A stretch of DNA of 64,000 nt from Octopus bimaculoides. Taxonomy: Eukaryota. Location: positions 16,405,168 through 16,469,167 of the forward strand of contig NC_069001.1 in the NCBI RefSeq assembly GCF_001194135.2. Reading direction: 5' to 3'. Position numbers and translations under genes: made by a program. Each line of letters begins with the position of its first letter. Positions within the stretch are counted from its first letter, which is position 1. Positions 37,129 through 50,149 of the stretch are shown here, in pieces. A model generated the notes under the pieces. That model did not search any database and had not been told where the DNA came from. It saw nothing but the letters and a program-made list of their open reading frames with translations.

Positions 37129-39485
37129 ATGAATAATGGATGATTCACTCTTTAAATTGCTCTTTATAATGTTCAATATAATTTTCATTAAAAACTGTAC
37201 CAGTTAATTTTATAGCAAGTTTTGGTATTTAAGAGCACATTTAGTTTCAACTTGTGATATCTGTTAAATATGTGCTTTATCATTGAGAATATCTCTAATG
37301 AGGCTGTGTAAAAAGTAGATATGATGTTTACCAGTCAATCTTTGTCAAGGACTTTTATACATTTATTGTCTTTGTACCAGTCTCACAATGTTAAACTTTC
37401 TGACATCCATCCAAAACACACCAACACCTAACTTGATAGCTGACTGTTAACACTACTCTATTAATTAGATTGATAAAAACAAATGTGTTTAATTAATATC
37501 TTCATGTCATTACACGAGCTGTTTTATTATTTTCTTATCATTTGTCTCCAGGCTCATCTTGTCTCTAACAATCATCAAAATATTTAGTTTCTCTCAGATG
37601 CTGTCTAATGTTCATTGTCTGAGACAGCTTTTATACATGTGGTCAGTATTAAGAGAGGATTGCTATGTAGGGAGATTAGCAAAAGCATTATAGATATGGA
37701 TCAGTGTGTTTGTCTCTCTAGTATTTGGGTTCCAATCCTGCTTAGGTCAACTTTTCTTTACACACACACTCAAGCTGCAAGTTAAACATTGTTTCAATAA
37801 ACTATATAATAAATTGCATGCATGCACGTGCACGTGCACACACACATGTGTGTGTGTGTGTTTTTTTAATTTTGTATGTGTATGTGTGTTTGAATCCTAC
37901 CAAATTTCATGAACTCTGGGATCAAATTTATCACTGTAAGACATAAAATTGGTAAATTAAAGTGGTTTGATACTTGTTATTTCCATATACACACATGCGT
38001 ACATACACACATTTATATAACCCAAATGCAATTAGAGGAAGACCTGGAGAGTAGGAAGGCAGTTAACCCATCATTTGGCCAACACTACTTCAAGCCAATC
38101 CAAAAAACACAGTCTTCAGTGCTGCTACTAACTACTCTTAATAATAAATATGTCATTAGAAATCTGTATCCTGGTGTGTTCACGTTTCTAATAAAGAACA
38201 TTATCAGTAAATGTGTTGACATGTTTAACAATTTGTTGTTTTCTGAAATATGGTTTATTTCAAAGCTTTCAGCTACAAATATAGATTTTTGAGGTGAAGT
38301 TCATAATTTAATGTGTAAACAGTTCAGTGAAGTGTTGGGGAGTTTATTTCTTATTGACTCCATATTACAAATCTATTTCTTAAACTTGTTCTTTATTACT
38401 GAAGGTGGTGCAGATTGTTTGTATTTTTATTTTCATTTTGTCATTATTGTCATCATCACCTTCAGCAATATTGCTTTTGATTGGATGCTGTGATTATTGG
38501 ATTTTTGATCTGTAATTGATTTCTGCTCTATTCTGCACAATTCTTTAAAAAAAAAAAAAAAGGAAGAAAAAATAACTGATGCAAACTACTGCTTTCTATG
38601 GAAATTCTTAAATGAAGAATCTGTACCACAAATGTTGATACAATGGAATGAGTGTGTGTGTGTGTGTTACATTAAGTGGCTGTGAAAACGGGAGTCCCGA
38701 GATGTAGAGGACATTATGTTGATATTTAATGGTGTCTGATAGCATAATGTAAGAAATGGGGGAATGTGAAGGACATATAATCTGGTATGTGATAGTGTAT
38801 TTCTGTGAAACATGAGGACAGTGGACGCATTTGTTATTGTTATTGCTGTAAGTCAGCTCTGATAGATGGACCAGATAGACCTCTGACCAAAAGTATTCCA
38901 ACTATGACCATCTTGTTATATTTTCCGTCATAGTGTAACTGATCCTTTCTTTTAAAGACGATAGAGGAGATATAATTTGAAAGAGATTTGGCTGCTGTTT
39001 CCAGCATGTCAAGTAACATTATAGTGTTGGTGTTTGTTTTACACGTCTTTCTGTGTTTTCATGGATTGAATTAATGCTTATTATTGAGGCGTTATCTTAT
39101 AGCTGGATACACTTCCTGTTGCTAACCTTTGTTTTTCAAGTGAAGCTTCTTTTAATCTACATGGTTTTGAAGGTGTGAAGGGAGAATGGCCAGTAGCAAC
39201 TGTCATTGGATGTTGCAGCTTCTGTATGATGGTGTATGTAAACACACACACCTGTATATATACTCAATTTATTTTCAGTTGCTTATGCCAAATCCACTCA
39301 CAAGGTTTTGCTCAGCCCAGGTCTATAAAAGAAGACACCTAAATGCTGTGTTGTGGAACTGATTAACTATACAACTTTGGCTGTGTCTATATGTCTGAAA
39401 TCTGGACACAGCAAATAGCAGTGTGTGTGTGTGTGTAAGATGTACTGCTGGTATCAGAGATGTTTAATAGTGAATGGGTGATGTA

Positions 39486-39523
<38 letters not shown>

Positions 39524-39689
39524 TAATGGAAGCTAGCTGTAAAGGGATCAATCAAGCTAGACTTGATGTTATTCAATATTCTGTATTGGATCTTATCTTT
39601 GCTCCAGTTTGTTTCCCAGCTGCTTTTCTATACCTACAACGGTTGGGTAGGTTTAAAACCTTATTTATTCCCTTATTCATACTCTGTTT

Positions 39690-39972
39690 ATTACTTTGGA
39701 CATTTGGCTCATGATCGTAAGGTTGTGAGTTAGATTCCTGGCAGTGTGTTGTGTCCTCGAGCAAGACACTTTAGTTTCACATTGCTCCAGTCCACTGAAC
39801 TGGCAAAAAATGAGTAGAACCTGTATTTCACAGGGTCAGCCTTGTTACATTGTGTCATGCTGATCCTCTCCAAGAACTATGTTAAGGGCATGTGTCTCTG
39901 TGGAGTGTTCAGCCACTTGCATATTAATTTCAGATCAACTGGAACCCAGTGTTTCATAACTGACAGTGCCAG
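39690..39972 (+). mobile_element. SINE family C
   Basis: ggctcatgatcgtaaggttgtgagttagattcctggc...gtgtcctcgagcaagacact...gatcaactggaaccc. Confidence 0.8.
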
Positions 39973-40336
39973 TTCATTTCTGTATACTCTTGATTTAACA
40001 ATATTTGTTCCTTGTTTCACCAGGAGGCTGGATCTATAGCCATAAATTGAGAGCTGGTGTGCAACATTTCTTCCCTTACAGTAAAAGCATTTGACTGTGA
40101 AGTGTGTTGCATAATTCTTCTCTCTCACTAATTCTACCTTGCTAGTTCTACTTAGTGAGACAATCTACTTTAGAGATTAACTAAAAGATTCGTGGTTCTA
40201 ACCACATTGTGGATTGAGTTAATGTGATGAAAATATCAATTCTTAGGCTGTTAGATCATGTTATTGTTGTCAGCTAAAACAGAAGACATCTGTGTTCAAA
40301 GGTGTTTTATTTTTTGTTTTGTTTTTTGTTTTAGGG

Positions 40337-40715
40337 CAGTGGTTTTCAACCAGGGTCCATGTGGCCCCTGGTGGTCCATATAAGATTTTGGGGGGTCCAC
40401 GCAAGCAAAATAGTAAGTTGAGATCCATAATAGTATTTTAAGGGTTTATGAAAAAAAATTTTGCTTTAGAGGTATTTGTTGCAAGAAACAGCTGCGTTGC
40501 TTTCTCAAACATTTTGCATAGTTTGACATGTTTCTGGCCATTGACCCATGTTCTCTCAGTGAGTGCTATGGCAAACCTATGCAAATGGATGTGAGAAAGA
40601 AAATAAGGATTTTGAAAGAAGTATCTATAAAACTACTTTTTAAACATTGAACAACTAGAATAAGATACTAATCAAAGGGGTTCATAGGTAAAAAAAAAAT
40701 GGTTGAGAACCACGA
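40337..40715. mobile_element. hAT-type MITE, same family as 15506-15810
   Basis: TIRs cagtggttttcaacc and ggttgagaaccacga; TSD ttttaggg / tgttaggg; shared core ttttgaaagaagtatctataaaac. Confidence 0.85.
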
Positions 40716-41943
40716 TGTTAGGGTATCAAGGATGGTATTATTTAAGGGAGATTTGGTTGCTATTTCCAGCAGGTACTTAGAAATTTATTCTTATGCAGAA
40801 TTATGCAATATCTGTCTTTATGTATTAGCACTTGCTGTTTTATAAATGAAGAATCGGAATGAATTAGTTTCAACACAGGAACTAATCTTCTCTTCAATTC
40901 ACTAATGTAGAATTGTCAAGACTTATGCTATTTTTTAAAATCCCCTCCCCCCACACATATACACAAAAAAAAAAACCTGAAAACCTTCCATTGCAACATT
41001 AAGGGGAAAAAAATAATTATTGAATTTTTTTTCTTTTCCTTAATCTGAATTTTTTTTTTTTTTTTTAAGTAAATCCACTTATAGCTAGTCATAAAAGTTC
41101 TTGCTTTTATTTTAGAATAATTTTGTATTAGTTTTCTTTCTTTCCTTCTTCTTGCAACACTTATTAGCTTAACTTCATTTTCTTTTCTTAATTGCAAAGA
41201 ACATTTTCTTAATCTAATATCAGTTCTCTTAATGAAATTCAGTAGTGTTTCTACTTGGAAACTGAAACATTTACACCTGTGCTGTATAAATTCAGATGAT
41301 TATTTTGATATCACCAGTTAGCTTGAATTTCACAAGTCTGTTTCTCTACATTCTTGGCTAGTTAAGTTGGTTGTTTTTCTACGTGCAACATTTTGGTATT
41401 AACCATCAAATGTCTTGTCAGCCATATTGGAACTTACATGTTCCAAATAGGGAGAGGAAAAATGTTGGTGGATTGTTGAATATCATTGCTGGGAGTTAAA
41501 CCATACAGTGATGTTGTTCTATACATTCTGGTCCCTTTTGTTGGACTAAGAGCTTGTATGTGTCATTTGGTTTGGTTTCTATGGCTGGACACCAAAATGA
41601 TTTTGGTAACCCCCTAAAGAGAAAATGTGGTTGTCAGTCTGTATTTGGGTGACTTTTGACTGGGGAAATTATCGAAAGGGTCAGCTCAAAAGTCGTATGT
41701 GTGTGTACTTCAATACATTATAACTGAAAGGCTCTGATTTCCAGTACTTAGAGTTACTCATTTCTGGTCATCAGCTGGTAAACCAAGCTGTGAGTGAATG
41801 GTTTTGTTTAACCCTGGGTCAACCCCAATCCAATCATTTTTGCTCTGACCATCAGTCTCTCAATATTTAAGATAATATCACAGTACTCGACATTTGTATT
41901 GAGTCTTATAGTTTTTCATTTCTGGCGAATCAACCGAGATTTA

Positions 41944-41983
<40 letters not shown>

Positions 41984-41984
41984 C

Positions 41985-42300
41985 ATCATCATCATTTAAC
42001 ATCCATCTTCCATGCATGCATAGGTAGAACGGTTCATGGGAGCTGGCCAGATAGAAAAACTATGCTACTCTGTTTTGGCAGGGTTTTTACAGCTAGATGC
42101 CCTTCCTAACACCAACCACTCTGCAGAGTGGACTGAGTGCTTTTTATGTGGTACTAGCACAGACAAGGTTAGTTTTGGCATGGTATTTACTGCTGGATGC
42201 CCTTCCAAATGCCAACCACTTTACAGTGTGGACTGGTTGCTTTTTATGTGACACCAGCACTGGCAGGGTCACCAAGTAACTTGCAAGACAAGGAATTATG
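41985..42300 (-). mobile_element. Older RTE 3' end with a duplicated UTR block
   Basis: catcatcatcatttaacatccatcttccatgc...; gatgcccttcc..a.ccaaccact occurs twice (about 42095 and 42195). Confidence 0.75.
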
Positions 42301-42604
42301 AGATGGGTAGGGGCATTCGACGAAGGGAACCTGTGCCAGAGAAAGCTTTATATATATATAGTTAGTGTAGTATTCTAGTAATGTGAAAGATGAGAGATTA
42401 GAATATGTTTACTTTTTCTCTTATGTACAAAATAATGTTGCTGGTGGGGTTGGATTATATAATCGAGATTTCATTATGCTTGAGTAGATATGTTATGTCG
42501 TACACCATTTCACACTCTTAACAGAAAAAAATGTGCAAAGCCATTATAGGATGTTATATAAATATCCTTACAATTTGAGTATATAGTTATATAATTTGTT
42601 GCCA

Positions 42605-42940
42605 TCAGTTTCAGTCATTGGACTGCAGCCATGCTGGGGCATTGCCTTGAAGGATACCTATTTTTAAGTCTGATATTTATTCTATCAACCTCTTTTGATG
42701 AAGCACTAGGTCACATGGGCATAAGCAAACCAGCACCTATTATGATGTTAGGGTGGGGTGAGGGTATGCACACACATATGACAGGCTACCACACAATTTT
42801 TGTCTACCACATTTACTCACAAGGCATCGGTCAGCTTAAGGCTGTAGTAGAAGACAGTTTCAGCAGGTGCCATGCACTGGGACTGAACTCAAAACCTTCT
42901 GATTGCAAAGCAATCTTCTTAACTACATAACCATGCCAGC
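42605..42940 (-). mobile_element. SINE family B
   Basis: ttcagtcattggactgcagccatgctggggc...ggtgccatgcactgggactgaactc. Confidence 0.7.
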
Positions 42941-44045
42941 AACTTTCATGAAAAGTGCTAGTCATGACAGTACAATGTGATTTGAGGGATTTTTAGCTGC
43001 TATTTCTCTAGTACATTGACTACAAACAGACTCCTTCTGTTGTAACAGGTGTTCTGTGTATGAATAGTTCCCACTTTTTAACCCTAGCCCCAACCTCTAA
43101 GTGGGAAATCTTCAGTTAGGATTGCCTGGGGCAGCTATAATATTGGACCCTAGCAGTAGTGGCTGCAATTAGATTGAGTTAATTCGAATTGTAATTTTTA
43201 TACTCCATAAATCTTAGTGCCACATACAGTAGTGGACCTCTTGCACACTCCCCATCAGCTTCTCCTGACATGTTAGGCCAAACTTCCTGTTATCAATTGT
43301 ATCAATTAGCAATTATATTACTTAAATGATTAACTAAATGACTGTTAATTGACTTTTGTCTCTTTGTCTTCTGTTCAGCCACACACACACACACACAGCC
43401 CTTACTGTATGGAGAGAGAAACTTGGTGAACTTGGCCAGGTGAAAAGTTATTTTATGGTTGGTTTGTGTATGGGTGTCACACCTTGCAATAGGTCTTTTA
43501 AAAATATTTCTAACTGAGGTAATAAGATGATGTTACCTTTTTTGCACCCTAGGAGAATCTGTTTGTGGGTGGAGAAGGGAACTTACATCTTCAACAGTTT
43601 GACATCAGTTTCTTTGCATTAGGAGGTGAACCTCTATCTTTTTAAGGTGTGTGCAATATTGTCTTTTGGAGATGTAGTCTAGTGTTGTTTTGGAGTTATT
43701 TTTGTTTTCACTGTGTGTGTGTGTGAATTGCGTCATTTTGTTGTTGTTGTTGGGTGGTGGTGTTTGGTTTGTGGTGTGTTGTAGTGTCTGGCAGTGCTGT
43801 TTGAGCTGTGCTCTGTGATTGGGTGGCTGTTGTGGAGAATGTGAATTATGTGAATTATTAGCGTTACTATTATTATGATTCTAGGCTAGAGATGCAGGTA
43901 GAGAATGTTATGCAAGAGTTATAAATAAATAAATGTTGTGTTTCTGTTGTAAATTGTTGGTAGAGTGTTAACTTGGATTGACAGAGGTTGCTGAAGTAAT
44001 GTTATGCCACTTTAGGAGAATGGTAACATGAGGTGAGGAGTTTGT

Positions 44046-44115
<70 letters not shown>

Positions 44116-44118
<3 letters not shown>

Positions 44119-44777
44119 ATTATTCAAAAAGAATGAACTGATTTTATTATGCAATATTTTAATAAGGAAAAGCAATAGAAAACTCCGGCTAAGTCATAAG
44201 TATTTACCACAATCAACTTTTATTTCTTGTCTTACAAGTGTTCAATGTGGCCACGAGCAGCATCAATGCGATAAGAGTATTCCCTCCAGACACGTATCAG
44301 CATATCACGATCCACTGAGTTGATTGCTGTTGTTATTCAATGTTTAAGGTCATCAAGGTTTGTGGGTAGCGGTGGAGTTTTCTAAGTTTGGAATGGCTGC
44401 CACAGGGGTGCTGCTGTAGTCGCGTCATTTTTCCGGCAACTTTCAGTTTGTTTACACTCAGAATGGTGAGTCCTCAGCAAAAGGCATTCTGAGGTCTCAA
44501 GTTCGAAAACAAATTTGGTTGTCATGGTGCAGTGTGCTTTTCGAAAGCGATTTGACATCAATCTACCCTCTCCTTAGAACATTCAACAGTGGTTTCACAG
44601 TTTCAAGAGAGTGGGTGTCTGTGTAAAGGAGAAAGTCCAGGACGGCCATGAGTTTCAGGAAATGAAAAACAAAAGTTGATTGTAGGTAAATACTTGTGAC
44701 TTAGCTGGAGTTTTCCATTGCTTTTCCCTATTAAAATATTGTATAATGAAATCGGTTCATTCTTTTTGAATAACCTT
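44116..44777. mobile_element. Non-autonomous Tc1/mariner with about 110-bp TIRs, internal deletion and internal inversion
   Basis: TIRs about 44116-44228 and 44666-44777. Transposase C-terminus on minus (PPLPTNLDDLKH*ITTAINSVDRDMLIRVW...GHIEHL*, 44232-44380); N-terminal HTH on plus from ATG 44463 (MVSPQQKAF...AFRKRFDINLPSP...SGCLCKGESPGRP). Sits between TA/GT microsatellites. Confidence 0.85.
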
Positions 44778-44797
44778 GTGTGTGGGTGTGGGTGTGG

Positions 44798-44859
<62 letters not shown>

Positions 44860-44921
44860 AAATATATAAAAACAAAAAGATAAAGAGAGCAAAGGTAAGG
44901 TTGAAGAATTTTATGGATAGA

Positions 44922-44970
44922 GTCTTACAGCTGTTTCTGGGAAGATCCAGTACTTCCCTTCATCGGAGAC
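44922..44970 (-). ncRNA. Minimal type-I hammerhead-ribozyme-like motif
   Basis: Minus strand GTCT-CCGATGA-AGGGAAG-TACTGGAT-CTTCCCA-GAAA-C-AGCT-G-TA-AGAC: 4-bp stem I, core with U4 changed to C, 6-bp stem II, palindromic AGCT stem III loop, GUA triplet. Confidence 0.6.
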
Positions 44971-45117
44971 AGAAAAAATATAGTAATCTATTATTATATC
45001 CATAGGCGGATATTTTTAGTATGAAGTGGTAAATAGTGTGATGTGCTGAAAAAAGAGAGAACAATACCCTCCTCAACCTTATATATATATATATATATAT
45101 ATAGATTGATAGATAAA

Positions 45118-45310
45118 AAATGGAAGACAGACAAGCAAAGCATTTGGTGTCACAATAATATTTACCTCATAATAAGGAGTATAAATAAAGCATGAGAACA
45201 GTTATGACAGATAACAGTTCTATGCTTTATTTACACTTTATTGGTGCTCCTTATTATTAAGTAAATATCCTGGAGTAACACCAAATGCTTTCCTTGGCTG
45301 TCTTCCATTT
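45118..45310. repeat. Imperfect fold-back palindrome (about 190 bp)
   Basis: aaatggaagacagacaagcaaagcatttggtgtcac...aaataaagcatgagaacagttat vs ataacagttctatgctttattt...gtaacaccaaatgctttccttggctgtcttccattt. Confidence 0.8.
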
Positions 45311-45534
45311 TCAATCCATTTACACCCACTGAATCAGGTACCACTTGTAGCCACCATGGTTAAATAATTTCACCACCTCATTCTCATTTGCACTTCAAGT
45401 TGGAGTTTTAGTGGTGAATCAATTGGACATAACTATTAATATATGTCAATCAAAATATACTCCCTGCCTCCCCTCTCTTCCTCGCCCTCACTCACTCTCT
45501 CTCTCCCTCTGTCTGTATAGTGCCTTTTATCTTC

Positions 45535-45890
45535 TACCTTTTATTTGTTTCATTCGTTGGACTGTGGTCATGCTGGGGCACAGCCATGAAGAGTTTTTTA
45601 GTTGAACAAATTGATCCCAGTTATACAATTTTGTTTTTTAAGCCTGGTGCTTATTCTATTGGTCTCTTTTGCTGAACTGCCAAGTTATGGGGACATATGC
45701 AGACAAACACATATACATGCATGCACATACACACATCTATAATGGACTTCTATCAAATCCACTTGCAAAGTTTTAGTCAACTTGAGGTTATAGTAGAAAA
45801 CACTTGCCCATGGCTCCACAGTGAGACTGAACCTGGAACCATGTGTTGGGAAAGAAGCTTCTTACCACATAACCATGTCTGTGCCTTTAC
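45535..45890 (-). mobile_element. SINE family B
   Basis: ttggactgtggtcatgctggggcac...aaacacttgcccatggctccacagtgagactgaacctggaaccatgtg. Confidence 0.75.
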
Positions 45891-46509
45891 ATATGTATAT
45901 GTATTAGCAAAGACTGGAAAATTTGGTATAGTTTTAATTCCATGTTACACGGTTTTCATTACAGTATAAGAAATATATTATGAATATTAATATTTATAAT
46001 AATGATATTAAAAATATAATAAATTCACAGATATATATACATGTAGAAAACATGTATGGGGTCTCTTATCCTTGATTCCTCAGACAAAGATTATTATTTT
46101 TGATTCTTCGGTTCAGGAATTAGAATACAAAATCCCTCGACAGCAGAAGTGTTAAGGCTGCTCCCTCTGGTGACAAGGATTGGTTTGCAAGAGTCCTGTG
46201 CCATGGAAACCAAGCCAAACCATGCTGGAATCTGGTGCAGCTGCCCAGTTTGCCAGTGCTGGTCAAACTGTCCAACCCACGCCAGCATGAAAAACAGTTG
46301 TTAGAGGATGCTGATGATAATGAATTAAAAATATACTAAACTTTCCAGTTTTTATTTTAATATGTGCTTATTCTGCAAATATAACTCACCAAAACTGATG
46401 CTACATTTTGAATCAAACATTTATATACACACATTTGATTACTGGAACATGCAGATGTACTTTACATAAATACAGCTTGGATTACAACTCCTTCTGTACT
46501 CTGTGTGTG

Positions 46510-46830
46510 TACAGATATGGCTGTGTATGATTATGAAGTTTGCTTCTCTACCATAAAATTCAAGATAGATCCCACCAGGTGCACCTTGGCAAGTGTCTTC
46601 AACTGTGGTCTTGAGTTGACAATAGTTTGTGAAGAAAATTTGTTAGGTAGAATTTGTATGGAAGTCTGTTTGTGTGTGTTTACCTTTAATGTTTCATGGC
46701 TAAAACAGCAGGCATTGTGTCAAAAACATAACTTTGCTATTCAGTAAATACACTGATAAAGTCCCTTGAAAGCAGTGCTGCAGCATGGCCACAGTCAAGT
46801 GAACAAAAGCAATAAAAGAAGAAAAAAAAA
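46510..46830 (+). mobile_element. SINE family B, diverged
   Basis: atggctgtgtatgattatgaagtttgc...gcaccttggcaagtgtcttc...gcagtgctgcagcatggccacagtcaag. Confidence 0.65.
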
Positions 46831-47400
46831 ACTGCTACAGTTTTTTCCCCCTAAGTATGAAGATTATCTGTGTGGTTTTTGAGTATTATAAACTGATTAA
46901 TACACTGATTAACTGTGGATCTGGATTTTAAAGTGAAGATGAAAGCAGTGTATCAGGATGGAGATTAATTCAAGAGCTTCATAGTAAGATGTTGGTTCTG
47001 GATTTGATCTTACTGTACAGTATCTAATATATAGTTCTGTGTCAATCCAAGTTTTGTTGGAGTAAAATTGGGTTGATGAATGAAAACTATCAGTTGACCT
47101 AACTTCTGGTCTGAAATATTCAGTTATCCTTTAGGTTATTGACATGTTGGAGCAATGGCCCTTGTTTCTCCCACAAGTGATTCAGGGTCTGGTTCTCTTG
47201 TCACTAGTCTTGGAGGGCTTACAAAGGACATGGGAATGGGTGGGGTAGTGGATACAAAATAATTTAGGAGGTCCAGAAATTATTATTTTACATTGGGATT
47301 TTTTCCCCCATCCTGGCATTGGTTGGAAGGATCTGATTCAGTTTCTTACTATTTATTTGCCTCAGTCATTTCTCATATAATAAGAGAAATTTTACATTAA

Positions 47401-47601
47401 CCCTTTAGAATTTAAACAGGCTATATCCAGCCCAAGTGTTCTACCAGCTTTATCTTCAGATCAGCCAGACCTGGCCTCTCACACCTACCCAACCCTAACC
47501 ATTATCACTCCTTATCACTAAGCATTTTATGGCATAGTCTGGGTACATTTTAATCTCAGGACCCATGGCCCCTAAATAGGCCTGTTGATAATTCTAAAGG
47601 G
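47401..47601. mobile_element. piggyBac-type MITE
   Basis: TTAA at 47397-47400 and 47602-47605; TIRs ccctttagaatt and aattctaaaggg. Confidence 0.85.
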
Positions 47602-48696
47602 TTAATGTAAAATTGTTTTTATTATAACTGAATATAAAAACAAATATTGACATATTTTTCTGTATATAAATGAAAGGGGTAGTCAAGCATGGTGTTAGTT
47701 ATCATATATGAAACATACTAAAGCACTGAACATTATAGATTCTTCTATGGTTGTTTTACTTTTTTCGTTCTTTTATATTAGTTGTTTTGTCACCCTTCTC
47801 AGCCTTTGTTTAGCTTTTAACGACCTATTTATCAACTTTACAACCTTGTTTATTTATTAGTTTCATTATCTAATCATTAAGGAAGAAACAAGTTAATGAG
47901 GTCATCTATTTTTGTTATATTCTTTCCCTTTCACACTCAGCTTCTTTATAAGAGAATTCAAAAGAAAGTTTCCTCATTGTGTCAACTTGTGACCATAAGT
48001 CCCTACTGTATTAAACTTAACTCGAAGAAGTTATCTTCCAACACCTCATTTGTCAGGCTGTCATCACATAAACGATAACCTGTTAATTACAGTATTTCCA
48101 TTATCATATTTTCTTCTTAAATTGGTTGAGGACTTCTTGGATTCATATGTTCTGTCAAAGGTTACTGAACTTATTAAACAACTTTATTTTACGTGCTATT
48201 TCACTCCAGTTTATTGGTCCTTCAAGCCTACTATGTAGGATCTATTGTATCTATGACTACATTATCCAGTGAGTCCTTCCTTTTTTTAAAATAGGAGGTT
48301 GTGATTTAGAAATTTGGCTGTTATTTCTAGTATGTTGAGCAACCACATAGTGGCTCCTTTGTCAGTTCCATATTCCTGGAGCTGCTCTGATTGAGCAAAC
48401 CTATGGTAGGCAGATAATAAAGGACAATCTGATGTAATTTTGGTGCTGAATCTTCCTCATTCAACAGGTGTTCCATAGGGTGTGTGATTCTAGAGATATT
48501 TGACTGTTGTTTCTACCACAATAACCCCTTCATTAGCTGAGCAGGTTTTGGAAGAGATAATAACCCAGTCCTCAATATCATTGCTTTATCCACCAGAACT
48601 ACTCTATTTACTTGTTCTGTGGCTGGTTAATGGTGATTCCTGGAATCTTTTTTACTGACATGGAATTTGTTTTTCTCCTTTTAACAATAGGGCTAA

Positions 48697-49183
48697 ATCA
48701 TCATCATCATCGTTTAACGTCCGCTTTCCATGCTAGCATGGGTTGGACGATTTGATTGAGGACTGGTGAAACCGGATGGCAACACCAGGCTCCAATCTAA
48801 TTTGGCAGAGTTTCTACAGCTGGATGCCCTTCCTAACGCCAACCACTCAGAGAGTGTAGTGGGAGCTTTTACGTGTCACCCGCACGAAAACGGCCACGCT
48901 CGAAATGGTGTCTTTTATGTGCCACCCGCACAAGAGCCAGTCGAGGGGCACTGGCAACGATCTCGCTCGAAAACCCTACAAAGGCCAGTCAGGCGGTACT
49001 GGCAACGGTCACGCTCAAGATGGTACATCTTATGTGCCACCCGCACAAGAGCCAGTCCAGGGGCACTGGCAACGATCTCACTTGGCTTGCCGGGTCTTCT
49101 CATGCACAGCACATTTCCAAAGGTCTCGGTCAGTAGTCATCGCCTCGGTGAGGCCCAATGTTCGAAGGTCTTGCTTCACCACC
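48697..49183 (-). mobile_element. Young 5'-truncated RTE LINE (ORF2 end, 3' UTR with tandem module, (ATG)n tail)
   Basis: Minus reading VVKQDLRTLGLTEAMTTDRDLWKCAVHEKTRQAK* at about 49080-49183; an about 100-bp UTR module is repeated; CpGs intact. Confidence 0.9.
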
Positions 49184-50149
49184 AGAATTTGTAGAACATC
49201 AGACAATATTCCTTGTGCTATTTAGGTGCATCATTTTATGCTGTAAATTCCAATAACAAAGAGGGTGACTTTGCTCTTTACCTTTTCTCCTTTGTGATAT
49301 TAGCAGTGAAGTAGTGGAAACAGTGTGTATAATCAACACTTCCTGGACTCCTTCTAAACTTGGTTCTGTCATAATTTCTCTCATTATATAAAACCACTTC
49401 AACAGTTTGGTTTTTAATGTTGTTGTTTTACCCCTAGTCACCCCTTGGTCAAGTAGAATTACAGTCAAAAATATTTTAGCTATGATTGATTTGTCTTTTA
49501 TTTGTTGAAAGATAATGGCTTAGCATACCTCCTGACTACAATATCCAATGTGTCCTTCAAGACAGTAAAATGTGGGTTGAGAAAGGTTTGTTGTTATTTA
49601 GCATCCACAGATCAACCCTGATTCAGCAGACCTATCTGTGCTCAAGGATATTCCAACCATGACCACCCTGTCTTAAACACAGTAAACCTAGGATCATATT
49701 ATCCAATATGGCCTATTTTAAGTTTCCTCCATGTTTCCATCTATTGAATTCACTCTCAGGGCAATGGGCAACCCAGGGCTATTGTAGAAAACACTTGCCC
49801 AAAGTGTCATACACTGAGACTGAACCTGAAAGCACATGGTTACAAAGCAATTCTTTTTCATTTTAGCACCACGCCCCTCTCCTTACCTCAGTGAGTGAGG
49901 ATAAATTTTTTATTGTTTGTAAATTGTCCTTGTAAGGTCTCACCAGTTATCACTCTCATCACTATAAAGCTATTATTATTATATCATTATGATATCATTA
50001 ATAATAATAATCATGCTAGTGATCATTATTACATGTTAAAAATACTTCCCCATTATCATCCTCCTTTTGTATGGTGTCTCATGATTTGTGTTTCCCTTTT
50101 TTTGTCTCCTCCCTAAGGTTCAGTCTCTCTTGTGGTCAACTTTCACCAC

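Noticed and set aside
43400-43980. G/T-rich stretch possibly an antisense LINE endonuclease or 5' region; similar weak RT-like scraps at about 27000-27300 and 58600-58720
   Set aside because: Motifs too decayed to assign.
47941-48078. Strong acceptor (ttctttccctttcacactcag) followed by a short open frame
   Set aside because: No donor and no homology; acceptor-like tracts are common in this T-rich strand.
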